From positions 7,656 to 71,655 of the forward strand of contig CACWPR010000001.1 in assembly GCA_902762855.1 (NCBI GenBank): DNA of 64,000 nucleotides, read 5' to 3'. Below the pieces are notes generated by a model. That model did no database searches. It saw nothing but the letters and a program-made list of their open reading frames with translations, and was not told the DNA's origin. Each line of letters begins with the position of its first letter. Position 1 is the first letter of the stretch. This DNA is from Ruminococcus flavefaciens. GTDB taxonomy: Bacteria; Bacillota; Clostridia; Oscillospirales; Ruminococcaceae. The position numbers and the translations under genes were made by a program. This document shows positions 11,852 to 21,572 of the stretch, in pieces.

Positions 11852-11904
11852 TTGACTTCTCAGGAACAGTGTTGTATAATTTAATGAGGTTAGGAACGGC
11901 TAAC
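11852..11904 (+). promoter_or_regulatory. feo promoter plus putative metal-repressor box
   Basis: TTGACT-17-TATAAT (11852-11880) followed by GTTAG-N6-CTAAC (11889-11904). Confidence 0.7.
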
Positions 11905-11946
11905 CCTCTATAAACATTTATCGGCTATGCCGAAAAGGAGGACTAT

Positions 11947-12159
11947 ATGGTACCGTTGACATTAGCTGGAGTCGGAGAGAAACATACAATAATGAAGCTC
12001 GGCGGAACACCTGAGGTGAAGAAGCATCTTGAGAACCTCGGATTCGTTGCAGGCGGCGAAGTAATGGTCGTCAATACAGTTGACGGGAACCTTATCGTCA
12101 GTGTTAAAGAGGCAAGAGTAGCTATAAGCCGTGAAATGGCTATGAAAATAATGATCTGA
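11947..12159 (+). CDS. feoA: Ferrous iron transport protein A
   Basis: HLENLGFVAGGEV, SH3-like FeoA pattern; upstream of feoB. Confidence 0.88.
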   Translation: MVPLTLAGVGEKHTIMKLGGTPEVKKHLENLGFVAGGEVMVVNTVDGNLIVSVKEARVAISREMAMKIMI

Positions 12160-12171
12160 GGAGGAGAAGAT

Positions 12172-12390
12172 ATGAACCTTAAAGAAGTTAAGATCGGAGA
12201 TACCGTCAAGGTGAAGAAGCTCACCGGCGAGGGTGCAGTAAAGCGCCGTATCATGGATATGGGTCTTACAAAGGGTACTCAGGTGACAGTCCGCAAGGTA
12301 GCGCCTCTGGGCGATCCTATCGAAGTGACAGTAAGAGGATATGAACTGTCTATCCGTAAGGCTGACGCAGAAATGGTCGAAGTAGAATGA
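12172..12390 (+). CDS. feoA: Ferrous iron transport protein A (second copy)
   Basis: RRIMDMGLTKG, APLGDPIEV, RGYELSIRK. Confidence 0.93.
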   Translation: MNLKEVKIGDTVKVKKLTGEGAVKRRIMDMGLTKGTQVTVRKVAPLGDPIEVTVRGYELSIRKADAEMVEVE

Positions 12391-12416
12391 TTTCTGCGCT
12401 TTAATTTTGGATACTG

Positions 12417-12432
12417 GTTAGAAATATCTAAC
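12417..12432. promoter_or_regulatory. Second GTTAG-N6-CTAAC box before feoB
   Basis: GTTAGAAATATCTAAC, same geometry as the box at 11889. Confidence 0.55.
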
Positions 12433-12477
12433 TTTATTTTATTGGCCTAACATTATTGAAAGTGAGGAAAATTTCAA

Positions 12478-14991
12478 ATGAGTATCAGAATTGCTCTCGC
12501 AGGAAACCCTAACTGCGGTAAAACAACTCTGTTCAACGCTCTGACAGGCTCCAACCAGTTCGTTGGAAACTGGCCCGGCGTTACAGTTGAGAAAAAAGAG
12601 GGTAAGCTGAAGAAGCATGACGGCGTTATCATCACAGACCTTCCGGGTATATATTCTCTTTCACCTTACACCCTTGAAGAGGTGGTAGCGAGAAATTATC
12701 TTATCGGAGAGCGTCCGGACGCTATCCTCAACATCATTGACGGTACCAACCTGGAGAGAAACCTCTATCTCACCACACAGCTCACAGAGCTCGGCATCCC
12801 GGTAGTACTTGCAGTAAACATGATGGATGTCGTAAACAAGAACGGCGACAAGATAGACATTGCAGCACTTTCAAAGGCTATCGGATGCAAGGCTGTTGAG
12901 ATATCCGCTCTGAAGGGCGACGGCATCGCAGAGGCTGCTGAGGCTGCAATAAACGCAGCAAAGTCAACAAAGACAGTTCCTCAGCACACATTCTCAGGTC
13001 CTGTAGAGCACGCTCTGGCACACATTGAGGAAGCTGCTGTCCATGATATGTCAGAGGATATGCAGCGCTGGTATGCTATCAAGATATTCGAGCGTGACGA
13101 GAAGGTACTTGAGCAGCTCGGACTTCCTGAGAGCACAGTAAAGCACATCGAATCCGACATCCAGTCCGTAGAAAAGGAAATGGACGATGATGCAGAGTCT
13201 ATCATCACCAACGAGAGATACAACTACATCTCAAAGATAATCGGCGGATGTCTGAAAAAGAAGAACAAGGGCGGACTTACCACTTCTGATAAGATAGATA
13301 AGATAGTTACCAACCGCTGGCTTGGACTTCCTATTTTCGCAGTAGTAATGTTCCTCGTGTACTACATATCAATGGTAACGGTCGGAGCAGCAGCAACTGA
13401 CTGGGCTAACGACGGACTCTTCGGAGACGGCTGGCACCTTTTCGGCAGCGGCTCCAGCGAGACAGCAGAAGCAGAAGAGAAGTACGGCGACACAGACGCT
13501 ATCCTCGAAGGATTCCTTGCACAGGCTGAAGAGGATGGCTACGATATAGAGGCTGCCGAGGCTGCAATGGACACCGAGGCTGATGACTTCGATGCAGAGG
13601 CTGCTGAGACAGAGCTCAATGCACTTCTTGCAAACTACGCAGACAAGTCCTTTGAATTCGGCTATGAGCTCGAAGATGAGGAAACTCTTGAAGTAACAGA
13701 CGAAACAGCAACTATTGAAGACGCTGAGGAGGCAGCAGGTCTCTTCAAGGAGTATGAAGGCGGAGTTGACCCGGCTAACTACGGTACATGGGTACCCGGA
13801 GTACCTGTGCTCATCGAGAAGGCACTTGGTGACAACTGCCCTGACTGGCTCCACGGACTCATCATCGACGGTATTGTCGCCGGTGTAGGTGCAGTACTTG
13901 GATTCGTACCTCAGATGCTGGTACTCTTCCTCCTCCTTGCATTCATCGAGTCCTGCGGATACATGGCACGTGTAGCATTCGTACTCGACAGGATATTCCG
14001 CAGATTCGGTCTTTCCGGTAAGTCCTTCATCCCGATACTCATCGGTACAGGATGCGGAATCCCCGGTGTAATGGCATCACGTACTATCGAAAACGAGCGT
14101 GACCGCCGTATGACTATCATGACAACAACATTCATCCCCTGCGGAGCAAAGACACCTTTCATCGCAATGATAGCAGGCGCTATTTTCGGCGGCTCAGCAT
14201 GGGTAGCAGTATCAGCATACTTCCTCGGAATGGCAGCTATCATCCTTTCCGGTATCATCCTCAAAAAGACAAAGATGTTCGCAGGAGACCCCGCTCCCTT
14301 CGTAATGGAGCTCCCTGCATACCATATGCCTACACTCGGAAACGTTCTCCGTTCAATGTGGGAGCGTGGCTGGTCCTTCATCAAGAAGGCTGGAACTATC
14401 ATTCTTCTTTCCACTATCGTAGTATGGTTCCTTTCATTCTTCGGCACAGTGGACGGCAGCTTCAGAATGCTTGAAGAGGATGAGCTTGACCACTCTATCC
14501 TTGCAGCTATCGGTAAGGGCATCGCATGGATATTCGCACCTCTTGGCTGGGGCAACTGGCAGGCAGCCGTTGCATCCGTAACAGGACTTGTAGCAAAGGA
14601 GAACATTGTTGGTACAATGGGTATCCTCTACGGTGCAGGCGACGCATCAGTATATGCAACAATGGCAGCTAAGTTCACAAAGGTAGCAGGATATTCCTTC
14701 CTGGCATTTAACCTCCTCTGCGCTCCCTGCTTCGCAGCTATCGGAGCTATCAAGCGTGAGATGAACAACAGAAAGTGGACATGGTTCGCTATCGCATATC
14801 AGTGTGGATTTGCTTATCTCGTAGCATTCGTTATCAACCAGCTTGGTCAGCTCTTCGCAGGCGACGCAAGCGGAATCGACTACCTCGGCGCTGTAATTGC
14901 AGTTGCAATACTTGTTGGTGCTGTATATCTCCTTGTAAAACCTTACAAGGAAGCTACAAAGCTGACAAAGAAGGTAAAGGTCACAAAGTAA
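12478..14991 (+). CDS. feoB: Ferrous iron transport protein B
   Basis: GNPNCGKTT, VGNWPGVTVE, DLPG G-domain motifs; gate and membrane domains. Confidence 0.97.
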   Translation: MSIRIALAGNPNCGKTTLFNALTGSNQFVGNWPGVTVEKKEGKLKKHDGVIITDLPGIYSLSPYTLEEVVARNYLIGERPDAILNIIDGTNLERNLYLTTQLTELGIPVVLAVNMMDVVNKNGDKIDIAALSKAIGCKAVEISALKGDGIAEAAEAAINAAKSTKTVPQHTFSGPVEHALAHIEEAAVHDMSEDMQRWYAIKIFERDEKVLEQLGLPESTVKHIESDIQSVEKEMDDDAESIITNERYNYISKIIGGCLKKKNKGGLTTSDKIDKIVTNRWLGLPIFAVVMFLVYYISMVTVGAAATDWANDGLFGDGWHLFGSGSSETAEAEEKYGDTDAILEGFLAQAEEDGYDIEAAEAAMDTEADDFDAEAAETELNALLANYADKSFEFGYELEDEETLEVTDETATIEDAEEAAGLFKEYEGGVDPANYGTWVPGVPVLIEKALGDNCPDWLHGLIIDGIVAGVGAVLGFVPQMLVLFLLLAFIESCGYMARVAFVLDRIFRRFGLSGKSFIPILIGTGCGIPGVMASRTIENERDRRMTIMTTTFIPCGAKTPFIAMIAGAIFGGSAWVAVSAYFLGMAAIILSGIILKKTKMFAGDPAPFVMELPAYHMPTLGNVLRSMWERGWSFIKKAGTIILLSTIVVWFLSFFGTVDGSFRMLEEDELDHSILAAIGKGIAWIFAPLGWGNWQAAVASVTGLVAKENIVGTMGILYGAGDASVYATMAAKFTKVAGYSFLAFNLLCAPCFAAIGAIKREMNNRKWTWFAIAYQCGFAYLVAFVINQLGQLFAGDASGIDYLGAVIAVAILVGAVYLLVKPYKEATKLTKKVKVTK

Positions 14992-15049
14992 GAAAAAACG
15001 CAGGCTCTCCATTCGGAGAGCTTGTGCTGTATGAAAAGGAGTGGTCAAT

Positions 15050-15217
15050 ATGGGCTGGGTCGCAGTACTCATAATACTTATAGCAGTAGTAGCACTCATA
15101 ATTTACACCCTTATCAAAGACAAGAAAGAGGGCAGGTCATCCTGCGGACACGGCTGCCAGAACTGTGCGATGCACGGTAAATGTCACAGCAGCGGGAACT
15201 CTTCCGTAAAAGAATAA
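15050..15217 (+). CDS. FeoB-associated Cys-rich membrane protein (55 aa, not in ORF track)
   Basis: AAGGAG RBS; MGWVAVLIILIAVVALIIYTLIKDKKEGRSSCGHGCQNCAMHGKCH...; followed by terminator 15222-15248. Confidence 0.85.
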   Translation: MGWVAVLIILIAVVALIIYTLIKDKKEGRSSCGHGCQNCAMHGKCHSSGNSSVKE

Positions 15218-15254
15218 GATAAAAGCCTCCTGGCAGCAGGAGGCTTTTTGTATA

Positions 15255-16799
15255 TCAGGTCAGGATGATGTTTGTGGGATTCATCCCGCTCCACGGGACT
15301 ATCCAGTTGTCCTCGACAAGCAGACGGGTGATGCTGCTTATTTCCTCGTACATCGGGCAGATCATCATATCTCCCACATACTGCTGGAAACGCTCCGGAG
15401 TATGCTCCAATGTTACCTTTTTGGTTATCTCGACTCGGTCGAGTGCTGATTGAACAAGCTGGTCCACAAATGGCTGCAGAATGTCACAAAATGCGGTATT
15501 CTGTTCACTTGTAAAGCAAAGGAAATTCGGCTTTATCTCATTGCCGGACTTTACAGCGCAGTCCATGCTGATGAGCTCTGAGCAAACCATTTTATCGTGG
15601 TCTGTTTCAGGCTGACGGGAAGCGAGTATGGTAAGGACACTTGCCTGCACATCTGTAAGTCTGTGGAATTTCTGAGTATTGAATCTTATCCAGTGGTAAA
15701 TGATATGGCCGTATTCAGTTTTCTTATAATCAAACAGCGGGTCGAAATTATCACCATTAGGAGCCTCTTCCTGTTCGATGAGACGTACTCTTGCAAATGC
15801 GCCTGTTTCGGCTTTTGGAAAATTTGCCGAAAGGATGTCATCGAGCTGGCAGGCGTAAACGAAGGTATTCAGCCTTGTAAGCACCAGCCATTTCAGTGAG
15901 TTTACAGGACTGTCACAGCCGTAAAAGCCAATGGAGCGTATCTTCTCCTCGTTATCTGCAAAAAAGGACTTTATTTTTTCGGCAGTTTCCTTCAGCGCAG
16001 ATGCCTTTGTCCGAAAGCGTTCTGTTATTTCACGTTTGGTGTATATGAACACATTTGTCTGGTAGAAGCCATTCTTTTCGGTCATCAGTTCGTGTTTCAC
16101 CAGTGCCTTTATTTCATCCTCGAGATAAGCAGTAGGCACACCGAGCTGAAGACTGAGCTGTTCCTCGTTCTGTTTATCATAGTAGCAGGCCATAAGCAGA
16201 TTCTGCTTGATGCTGCTGAGCGGCAGAATACCGCTGTAGTCTTTTGAACTGTGTAACCATCGCCAGTCCAGATGAACGGGGTCGTAGCTGTATTTTCCGA
16301 AATTTCTCTCCATGTTAATGCCCTCCTTTATTCTTTTCCTTGATTGGAACAGCAGGTATTTCACCATGCTCTGGGTAAGTGAAAAGTGAGCCGAGATGTC
16401 CTTTACAGACATTCCGCCTATGTAGTAAGCTACCATGACCCGGCGGTAACTGGAGTTCAGATGTATGAGCTCCCTGGTGATGAGGCTGAGCTGTTCGTTT
16501 TCCTGAGCCTGTTCTTCGAGTCGTTCCCATGAATTATCGGATAAAGACTCATCGAGTTCAGAGGTGCTGAGTCTGCTTTTTCTTCGGTACCAGCCCCTGA
16601 GGATGTTGTCAGCAGTTCGCCAGACAAAAGCATAGAAAGCCCTTTCGTCACGGAGGTTGTCGATACACTCACAGAGGGTGAGCAGTATTTCCTGAGAGAG
16701 GTCCTCTGACTCCTGATAGGAGCTTGTTCTTGATAGGCAGTACTGGAATACCGTCTTTGACATCTGCGCTATTTTTTCACGCCGTTCAGTTGGTCCCAT
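15255..16799 (-). CDS. ECF-type RNA polymerase sigma factor with long C-terminal extension
   Basis: Region 2 (ESEDLSQEILL, FYAFVWRTADN) and region 4 (SVKDISAHFSLTQSMVKYLL) followed by about 350 extra aa. Confidence 0.8.
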   Translation of the reverse strand: MGPTERREKIAQMSKTVFQYCLSRTSSYQESEDLSQEILLTLCECIDNLRDERAFYAFVWRTADNILRGWYRRKSRLSTSELDESLSDNSWERLEEQAQENEQLSLITRELIHLNSSYRRVMVAYYIGGMSVKDISAHFSLTQSMVKYLLFQSRKRIKEGINMERNFGKYSYDPVHLDWRWLHSSKDYSGILPLSSIKQNLLMACYYDKQNEEQLSLQLGVPTAYLEDEIKALVKHELMTEKNGFYQTNVFIYTKREITERFRTKASALKETAEKIKSFFADNEEKIRSIGFYGCDSPVNSLKWLVLTRLNTFVYACQLDDILSANFPKAETGAFARVRLIEQEEAPNGDNFDPLFDYKKTEYGHIIYHWIRFNTQKFHRLTDVQASVLTILASRQPETDHDKMVCSELISMDCAVKSGNEIKPNFLCFTSEQNTAFCDILQPFVDQLVQSALDRVEITKKVTLEHTPERFQQYVGDMMICPMYEEISSITRLLVEDNWIVPWSGMNPTNIILT

Positions 16800-16982
16800 A
16801 TCGGCTCTCCTTTCGTTGTATCAAGATGCATCTGCCTTTATAGTGCAGATATTTGCGTTTGGTTAGGGCATTGTGAAAATTTTTCATATGATGAAAATAT
16901 AGCACAAGACAGAAAGAAAGTCAATAGAGTCAATGAAGAGATAATGAAAAATGCCCGGCATGGACAATGCCGGGCGCTTATC

Positions 16983-18272
16983 TTATTTGAAAACGTATCT
17001 GAGGAAATTGTACATATGAGGGGTCACAGTTGCACCGCCATGGTCTCCGTCGGGGATGACCTGCCAGAGATGTTCAGCACCGTTGGAGTCAAGGGCTTCG
17101 TGGTAGGTCCTTGGGTAATTGCCCACCACTCCGTCATTGGCAGCCGCTGAAATAAGGAGGAGCCTTGGAGGGGCAGAGGGTTTGAATTCGGCAGGAGACA
17201 TACATCCCTCATGAGTCATATAGTTGTCTCTTGTTGGGAAGATACCTGGCGCAGGGCAAGCTCCGCCCACATAGCCGTAGACCTCAGAGCGTGTTATGCC
17301 GGTATAGAGAGCCTCACGGCCTCCCATGGAGAAACCGGTGACGGCAGTATTTTCTCTGCCGGTCTTGATGGAATAATTTTCAGCAAGGAAAGGCATGATG
17401 CTGTTTTCTATGTCCTCACGGATAAGGTCATATTTTCTTGCGGCTTCAGAGTCGAATCCTGGAGAGCCGGGACCTGTGAACATAGCCGGGAAAACGATTA
17501 TCATTTTCTCAGCCTTGCCGTCAGCGATGAGATTGCCCAGCATAGTCTGGATGCCCATACCCGGCATAGAGGATTCGTCACCGAAGATACCGTGGAGCAC
17601 ATATAGCACAGGGTATTTTTCGTTCGGGTCATAACCTGGCGGCAGGAGGATGTTCATATTCTTATTCATTCCGGCATCCTTGGAGTAATATGTCCTGTGC
17701 TCCATAGTGCCGTAGTCAACGCCGGCTCTCATCTGAGTGAAATCATATGGAGCTTTGATGACCATATCGTCTGCAATTTGCTTCATATAGCTGTTATCAC
17801 CTGGGAATACAGGGGTTGTAGTAGTTGTGGAGGTAGTGGTGACTGTAGTGACGGTAGTAGTCGCAGTTGTCTCCGGGAACCTGTTAATATCTTTGAGCAG
17901 GAATCTGGAAAGCAGTACGATGTCAGCTATCTCAAAGTCACCGCTGCCGTTTAAATCTGCTGTCCTCATGTCTATCGGCGCAGTACTTCCGCTGAATCTG
18001 TTTAGCATGGTACGGCGGGCGAGGGCAAGGTCGAAAGCGTCGATGATACCGTTTCCGTCGAAGTCTCCGGCGATGACACTGCTGCCGTAGGATGCAGTCC
18101 CAACGTTGTTGACGATGACCTTGCCGCTGACTGCATCGGACGGGGCGAGTTCGGAAGCGCCTGCACTGAGCAGACCTGAATATACCGGCCATTCACCTGA
18201 TGTACAGCAAATAGCAGCCGCAGAAGATACAGCCGCAATCTTTTTAAGCAGTCCCTTCTTCATATGGAACAC
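16983..18272 (-). CDS. Secreted dockerin-containing esterase (CE1/feruloyl-esterase-like)
   Basis: Signal peptide; duplicated dockerin Ca loops (GDFDGNGIIDAFD, DLNGSGDFEIAD); Thr-rich linker; YPVLYVLHG and GFSMGG nucleophile motif. Confidence 0.85.
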   Translation of the reverse strand: MFHMKKGLLKKIAAVSSAAAICCTSGEWPVYSGLLSAGASELAPSDAVSGKVIVNNVGTASYGSSVIAGDFDGNGIIDAFDLALARRTMLNRFSGSTAPIDMRTADLNGSGDFEIADIVLLSRFLLKDINRFPETTATTTVTTVTTTSTTTTTPVFPGDNSYMKQIADDMVIKAPYDFTQMRAGVDYGTMEHRTYYSKDAGMNKNMNILLPPGYDPNEKYPVLYVLHGIFGDESSMPGMGIQTMLGNLIADGKAEKMIIVFPAMFTGPGSPGFDSEAARKYDLIREDIENSIMPFLAENYSIKTGRENTAVTGFSMGGREALYTGITRSEVYGYVGGACPAPGIFPTRDNYMTHEGCMSPAEFKPSAPPRLLLISAAANDGVVGNYPRTYHEALDSNGAEHLWQVIPDGDHGGATVTPHMYNFLRYVFK

Positions 18273-18570
18273 TTCCCTTCGTGATAATTATTATTCTGCA
18301 ATTGAACGATATTGCATTATTTCTGATTGTAATAATACCATAGAATGTTCCGGATTTCAAGCCAAATATTGTTGAATACGTCTGGCTTTTGGTCAAGGAT
18401 TGCTCACAACTGAGGAGAATATTGCTCCTGGGATTGTGCTCCGCAGGATGAAGTACAGAGGTCCGAAAAAAACGAGCGCCTCCGCTTACGGAGGCGCAGA
18501 AGTGCTAAAAACGCTTAAAAAGCAAGGGAGCCTGCGGTTACCAACGAAGTCGGACACACAGGCTCTGTGC

Positions 18571-18647
18571 TGGCGTCCCAAAGAGGAGTCGAACCTCCGG
18601 CCTACTGCTTAGGAGGCAGTCGCTCTATCCTACTGAGCTATTGGGAC
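18571..18647 (-). tRNA. tRNA-Arg (CCT)
   Basis: Reverse complement GTCCCAATAGCTCAG...CTGCCT-CCT-AAGCAG...GGTTCGACTCC...GGGACGCCA; 77 nt with encoded CCA. Confidence 0.95.
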
Positions 18648-18717
18648 ATAACATATACATTATATCACAAGTTAGCAAAAAAAGCAAGGGGTAAGATATA
18701 TTTTAATTTTTTACCGA

Positions 18718-19293
18718 TTATTTTCCCTTGAAAATAACGATAGGGATAGGCGGACAGTTAGGCCGGTTTACGAAGGGCATCTCCACAACAGTATAAAGCT
18801 GAGGGTCGATAGTGGGGAGGCAGCCGAGTATAGCGTCCTTTTCCTCAAAACCTGTTTCACGGCCATAGTAGATGATGAGGGTCATGATACCGCCGTTTTT
18901 CAGGAGCCTGAGTCCCTTTTCTATAGCTGCGATGCTGGTATCCTTATTTGTGGAGATATTGTGATCTCCTTTTGGGAGCCAGCCGAAGTTGAAGGTGATG
19001 CAGTCCACTGACTCTTCCTGAAAGAGCTGGTCCATATCTGAGTGGCTTTTCAGCAGAACGTCACAGCGGTCGGAAAGGCCGTGTTCTTCAAGGAGAGCGA
19101 GAGTGCTGTCAACAGCCTCCTGCTGTATGTCGAAAGCAGTAACATGGCCTGTACTGCCGGAAAGCTCAGCAAGAAACAGAGTATCATTTCCACGGCCGGC
19201 GGTAGCGTCGATACAAATGCTGCCTTCACGGACGTTTTCGGAGAGTATTTTTCTTATAATATCAAGAGCGCTGAAAGAAATGCGTTTAGCCAT
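18718..19293 (-). CDS. Class I SAM-dependent methyltransferase (YtqB/MnmM-like)
   Basis: IDATAGRGNDTLFLA, AFDIQ, FNFGWLPKGD; start moved to ATG 19293. Confidence 0.8.
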   Translation of the reverse strand: MAKRISFSALDIIRKILSENVREGSICIDATAGRGNDTLFLAELSGSTGHVTAFDIQQEAVDSTLALLEEHGLSDRCDVLLKSHSDMDQLFQEESVDCITFNFGWLPKGDHNISTNKDTSIAAIEKGLRLLKNGGIMTLIIYYGRETGFEEKDAILGCLPTIDPQLYTVVEMPFVNRPNCPPIPIVIFKGK

Positions 19294-19398
19294 AAATATC
19301 ACCCGGATAATTATATCACAGTTCCGCAGAAAATTCAATAGTTGAATATGGCGCAGAAAAATGATATAATATAGTCAGAAACCGAAGGGAGAGCAGAT

Positions 19399-20214
19399 AT
19401 GGCTGAAATAATCGAGATAGATTCACTTGGTACGCCCCAGGCACAGCTTTACGGACTGAGTGAGGGGGAGCTCCGGCATTATTATGAGCCGGCGCCGGGA
19501 CTTTTTATAGCCGAGAGTCCACTTGTGATAGGACGGGCGCTTGATGCAGGCTATGAGCCGGTATCAATGCTTGTGGACCGCTGCCACATTGAGGGGCAGG
19601 CTGCAGAGGTCATAGCAAGGTGCGGAGACATTCCGGTGTATACTGCGGACAACGATACCCTCATAGGACTGACCAGGTTCAACCTTGCCAGAGGAGCTCT
19701 TTGTGCCATGCGCCGCCGTGAACTTCCCACAGCCGAGGAGGTGTGCAGGGGAGCGAACCGGGTAGCGGTAATGGAAAACGTAGTCAATCCGACAAATGTC
19801 GGAGCCATGATACGTTCAGCGGCTGCACTTGGAATGGATGCAGTGCTGCTGACAGACGGATGCAGTGATCCGCTTTACCGCAGGGCAGCGAGGGTCAGCA
19901 TGGGAACGGTATTCCAGGTGCCGTGGACGTACATAGGCCGGAGCAGTACAGAAAAGGTAAAGGAGCTGGGATTCAGGACTGCCGCAATGGCACTCTGTGA
20001 GGACTCAGTAAGCGTTGACTGTCCGGAGCTTGCATCTGAGGAAAGGCTTGCAGTGATACTTGGCACAGAGGGCGAAGGCCTGCATTCTGAGACCATAGCG
20101 GCCTGTGATTATACAGTAATGATACCCATGTCGCATGGAGTTGACTCATTGAACGTAGCGGCAGCCAGTGCAGTAGCATTCTGGCAGCTTGGCCGCCGTC
20201 CGGGACGGAAGTGA
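19399..20214 (+). CDS. TrmH/SpoU family RNA methyltransferase
   Basis: NPTNVGAMIRSAAALG, GTEGEGL, IPMSHGVDSLNVAAA. Confidence 0.9.
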   Translation: MAEIIEIDSLGTPQAQLYGLSEGELRHYYEPAPGLFIAESPLVIGRALDAGYEPVSMLVDRCHIEGQAAEVIARCGDIPVYTADNDTLIGLTRFNLARGALCAMRRRELPTAEEVCRGANRVAVMENVVNPTNVGAMIRSAAALGMDAVLLTDGCSDPLYRRAARVSMGTVFQVPWTYIGRSSTEKVKELGFRTAAMALCEDSVSVDCPELASEERLAVILGTEGEGLHSETIAACDYTVMIPMSHGVDSLNVAAASAVAFWQLGRRPGRK

Positions 20215-20278
20215 TAAAGAAACGAAAAGGGCGCCTGAGGCGCCCTTTCTGATTATAAGTGAAATTACAGCTCTGAGA

Positions 20279-21295
20279 TCAAGCCATACCAGCAGTGATG
20301 ATAGCCATTTTGTAAACTTCATCAGCAGTGCAGCCTCTTGAGAGGTCATTGATAGGAGCGTTCAGGCCCTGGAGGATAGGACCGTAAGCCTCGAAGCCGC
20401 CGAGTCTCTGAGCGATCTTGTAGCCGATGTTACCAGCCTCGATGAGGGGGAAGATGAAGGTGTTAGCCTGTCCTGCAACCTTGGAATCGGGGCACTTTGT
20501 CTTAGCAACTTCTGCGGAAACAGCAGCGTCGAACTGGAACTCACCGTCGATAACGAGGTCGGGATCGAGCTGACGGGCCTCAATAACAGCATCGTGGCTG
20601 AGCTGAACAGTGCCGCCCTTACCGGAGCCGTATGTAGAGAAGCTGAGAACAGCAACCTTAGGATCGATGCCGAAGAAGTCAGCAGTTCTTGCAGTTTCAA
20701 CAGCGACCTCAGCGAGCTGTCTTGCAGCGCTGAGAACGACATTGCCGTCCTTGTCGAGTCTGTCGGTGTAGCCGAGGTTGATAGCGCAGTCGCCCATAGC
20801 GATTTTCTCTTCCTGACCGTCCTTCTCACGGAAGAGGATGAATGAAGAGCTTACCAGGTTAGAGCCCTTCTTGGTCTTGATTATCTGAAGAGCGGGACGA
20901 ACAGTATCAGCAGTGGAGTAAGTAGCACCTCCGAGGAGAGCGTCAGCCTTGCCTGCCTTAACGAGCATAGTACCGAAGTAGTTGGACTTGGAGAGAGCAG
21001 CACGGCACTCATCCTCAGTCATCTTGCCCTTTCTGAGCTCTACCATCTGAGCAACGAGGGACTCCATTTCGGGGTAAGAAGCGGGGTCGATTATCTCTGC
21101 GCCGTCGATATTGAAACCGCCGTTTGCAGCAGCGGCCTTTACGTCGTCAGGGTTTCCGCAGAGGATAACGCCCATAAGGCCTTCCTTGAGGAGCCTGTCA
21201 GTTGCTGAGAGGATACGGTTATCGCTGCCCTCTGTAAAGACGATAGTTTTCTTGCTTGCTTTTAAGTTTGCGATGAGCTTGTCAAACATTCCCAT
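20279..21295 (-). CDS. pta: Phosphate acetyltransferase
   Basis: VFTEGSD, GEFQFDAA, GNIGYKIAQRL, PINDLSRG; start at ATG 21295. Confidence 0.93.
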   Translation of the reverse strand: MGMFDKLIANLKASKKTIVFTEGSDNRILSATDRLLKEGLMGVILCGNPDDVKAAAANGGFNIDGAEIIDPASYPEMESLVAQMVELRKGKMTEDECRAALSKSNYFGTMLVKAGKADALLGGATYSTADTVRPALQIIKTKKGSNLVSSSFILFREKDGQEEKIAMGDCAINLGYTDRLDKDGNVVLSAARQLAEVAVETARTADFFGIDPKVAVLSFSTYGSGKGGTVQLSHDAVIEARQLDPDLVIDGEFQFDAAVSAEVAKTKCPDSKVAGQANTFIFPLIEAGNIGYKIAQRLGGFEAYGPILQGLNAPINDLSRGCTADEVYKMAIITAGMA

Positions 21296-21572
21296 TGTAA
21301 AAACCTCCAAAGTAAAATTGTATACCAATATTATAGCACAGGCGGTAGATTTTTTCAATACCTCTCAGCATTTTTTTGTCAGCCCCATGATATTGAACCT
21401 GGGACAACATTTTTCCGTATATCAGGTAAGCAGTCAGGGAAAGACAGAGTTACTGCTGATTGTGCATTGTAACAAATATTTTCACAAGCCTGGTTACAAA
21501 TTAGATAAACTGTTGACGATGCGAATTTTTTTTTGTATAATATAAGAAATAAAATACATGGAGGGATGCCTT

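Noticed and set aside
17800-17880. Low-complexity GTA/GTG-rich repeat in the esterase gene
   Set aside because: Encodes an ordinary Thr-rich linker between dockerin and catalytic domain
18400-18570. 70-aa ORF and hairpins downstream of tRNA-Arg
   Set aside because: ORF overlaps the tRNA antisense; the GCGCCTCCG/CGGAGGCGC hairpin is explained as a terminator; no integrase nearby
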